Assembly (NCBI GenBank): GCA_001724995.1
Contig: MEFD01000028.1
Coordinates: 3,620 to 67,619, forward strand
Direction: 5' to 3'
Length of the DNA stretch: 64,000 bases
Origin: Rubrivivax sp. SCN 71-131
GTDB taxonomy: Bacteria; Pseudomonadota; Gammaproteobacteria; Burkholderiales; Burkholderiaceae_C
The notes beneath the pieces are model-generated. The model did not search any database. It saw only the letters and a program-made list of their open reading frames with translations, and was not told the DNA's origin. Below are positions 62,635 through 64,000 of the stretch, one piece after another. The position numbers and the translations under genes are program-made. How positions within the stretch are numbered: the stretch's first letter is position 1; every line of letters begins with the position of its first letter.

Positions 62635-62648
62635 GCACGGTGCGCGTG

Positions 62649-63077
62649 ATGACGCCGCCGGTCGTGTGCCCGCCCTGGCAGAAGTACGCGGTGGACGTGC
62701 GGGAGAGCGCCATCGACGGCCACGGCGTCTTCGCCGCCGAGACGGTGCCCGCGCGGCGCAAGATCGGCGAGATCCGCGGCGAATCGATCAGCGTGCGCGA
62801 GGCGCGCATCCGCGCCACGCGAAGCGAGCGCGTGATGATCGTCGAGCTCTCCGCGAAGAAGGCCGTCGACTTCAGCCGCAGCACCGACCCGATGCGCTTC
62901 ACCAACCACAGCTGCGCGCCCAACGGGCGCCTGTGCATCCGCCAGGGGCGCGTGGAGTTCTACGCGCTGCGCGACATCGCGCCCGGCGAGGAGGTGACGG
63001 TGGACTACGGCGAAACCCACCACGAAGGCCGCCTGCCCTGCCGCTGCGGCGCGCCAGGCTGCCGCGGCGCCTTGTGA
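62649..63077 (+). CDS. SET-domain protein (putative protein lysine methyltransferase)
   Basis: 142 aa. GHGVFA, RFTNHSCAPN, GEEVTVDYG and post-SET-like CRCGAPGCRG. Confidence 0.8.
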   Translation: MTPPVVCPPWQKYAVDVRESAIDGHGVFAAETVPARRKIGEIRGESISVREARIRATRSERVMIVELSAKKAVDFSRSTDPMRFTNHSCAPNGRLCIRQGRVEFYALRDIAPGEEVTVDYGETHHEGRLPCRCGAPGCRGAL

Positions 63078-63114
63078 CGATCCGACCCCGAGAACGGCCA
63101 ACGGCCGCGCGATC

Positions 63115-64000
63115 GATGAACCCGCTGCTGCAGCGCCTGCATCCCTACCCCTTCGAGCGCTGGCGCGCGCTCACCGAGGGCATTCGCCCGCCGACCTCGC
63201 TCGTGCCGATCAACCTGGGCATCGGCGAGCCTCGGCATGCCGCGCCGGCGCTGGTGCACGAAGCCCTGGCCGCGAACCTCGCCGGCTTGTCGACCTACCC
63301 CGCCACCTCAGGGGGTGCCGATCTGCGGCAGGCCTGCGCCGCCTGGCTGCAACGGCGTTACGGCGTGCAGGTGGACGCGGCGACGCAACTGCTGCCGGTG
63401 AACGGCTCGCGCGAGGCCTTGTTCGCCTTCGCCCAGGTGGCAATCGACCCCTCGCGGCCCGATCCCACCGTCGTCTGCCCCAACCCCTTCTATCAGATCT
63501 ACGAGGGCGCGGCGCTGCTGGCGGGCGCGCGCACCGCACTCGCCGACAGCGATCCGGCGCGCAACTTCGCCGTCGACTGGAGCCGCATCGACGATGCGAC
63601 CTGGGCGCGCACGCAGCTGCTCTACGTCTGCTCGCCGGGCAACCCGACGGGCGCGGTGATGCCCCTGGCCGAGTGGGAACGGCTGTTCGCGCTCTCCGAC
63701 CAACATGGCTTCGTCATCGCCAGCGACGAGTGCTACTCGGAGATCTGGTTCGGCGGCGAGCCGCCGCTGGGTGCGCTGCAGGCGGCGGCGCAGCTCGGGC
63801 GCAACGACTTTCGCCGCCTCGTGGCCTTCACCAGCCTGTCCAAGCGCAGCAACGTACCCGGCATGCGCTCGGGCTTCGTCGCCGGTGACGCCGAATGGAT
63901 CCGGCCCTTCCTGCTCTACCGCACCTATCACGGCAGCGCGATGGGCGGGATGGTGCAGGCGGCCAGCGTCGCCGCCTGGGGCGACGAGGCGCATGTGCAG
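63115..64000 (+). CDS. dapC: succinyldiaminopimelate transaminase (partial, continues past the window)
   Basis: Own translation: MNPLLQRLHPYPFERWRALTEG...NLGIGEPRH...SLSKRSNVPGMRSG (PLP lysine). No stop before the window end, hence absent from the track. Confidence 0.75.

Overview
This is a high-GC chromosomal segment whose gene content and synteny suggest a Burkholderiales-type betaproteobacterium (inference).

- **1-7302, mobile DNA mosaic.** It holds low-GC cargo (a secreted-protein 5' end and a SAM methyltransferase), an IS91-family HUH/Y2 transposase, and a Tn3-family transposase carrying a parDE toxin-antitoxin pair. I found only one Tn3-type terminal inverted repeat (7265-7302). It abuts what looks like a 5'-truncated host gene.
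- **7812-29376, core genes.**
  - sdaA-gcvP-gcvH-gcvT behind a tandem glycine riboswitch.
  - A TonB-like protein with in-frame 15-bp repeats.
  - A liv-type ABC importer.
  - A fatty-acid/ketone-body block: acyl-CoA synthetase, crotonase, ETF-QO, SDR, YceH, thioesterase, PAS-LuxR regulator and scoAB.
- **29642-37861, the most interesting region.** This is an ~8.2 kb filamentous (Inovirus-like) prophage with no integrase.
  - It is bounded by an exact 15-bp direct repeat that reads as the central region plus XerD arm of a dif site.
  - An 18-copy 9-bp VNTR sits just outside the left junction.
  - It carries an unusual opposite-strand arm: an orphan ParB, an HTH protein, and a hairpin cluster with three GCGAAGC mini-hairpin motifs.
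- **38050-64000, housekeeping.** ankyrin-tatD-pilZ-holB-tmk-mltG, ygfZ, ybbA/tesA, a FecR-like protein, an aminotransferase with a TAXI-TRAP transporter and a racemase-like gene, ligA-CNNM-zipA-smc, queF, a SET-domain protein and dapC (partial).

I saw no rRNA, tRNA or CRISPR. Many long ORFs in the supplied track are antisense or off-frame artefacts of the high GC content. Several real genes start well inside their listed ORFs.
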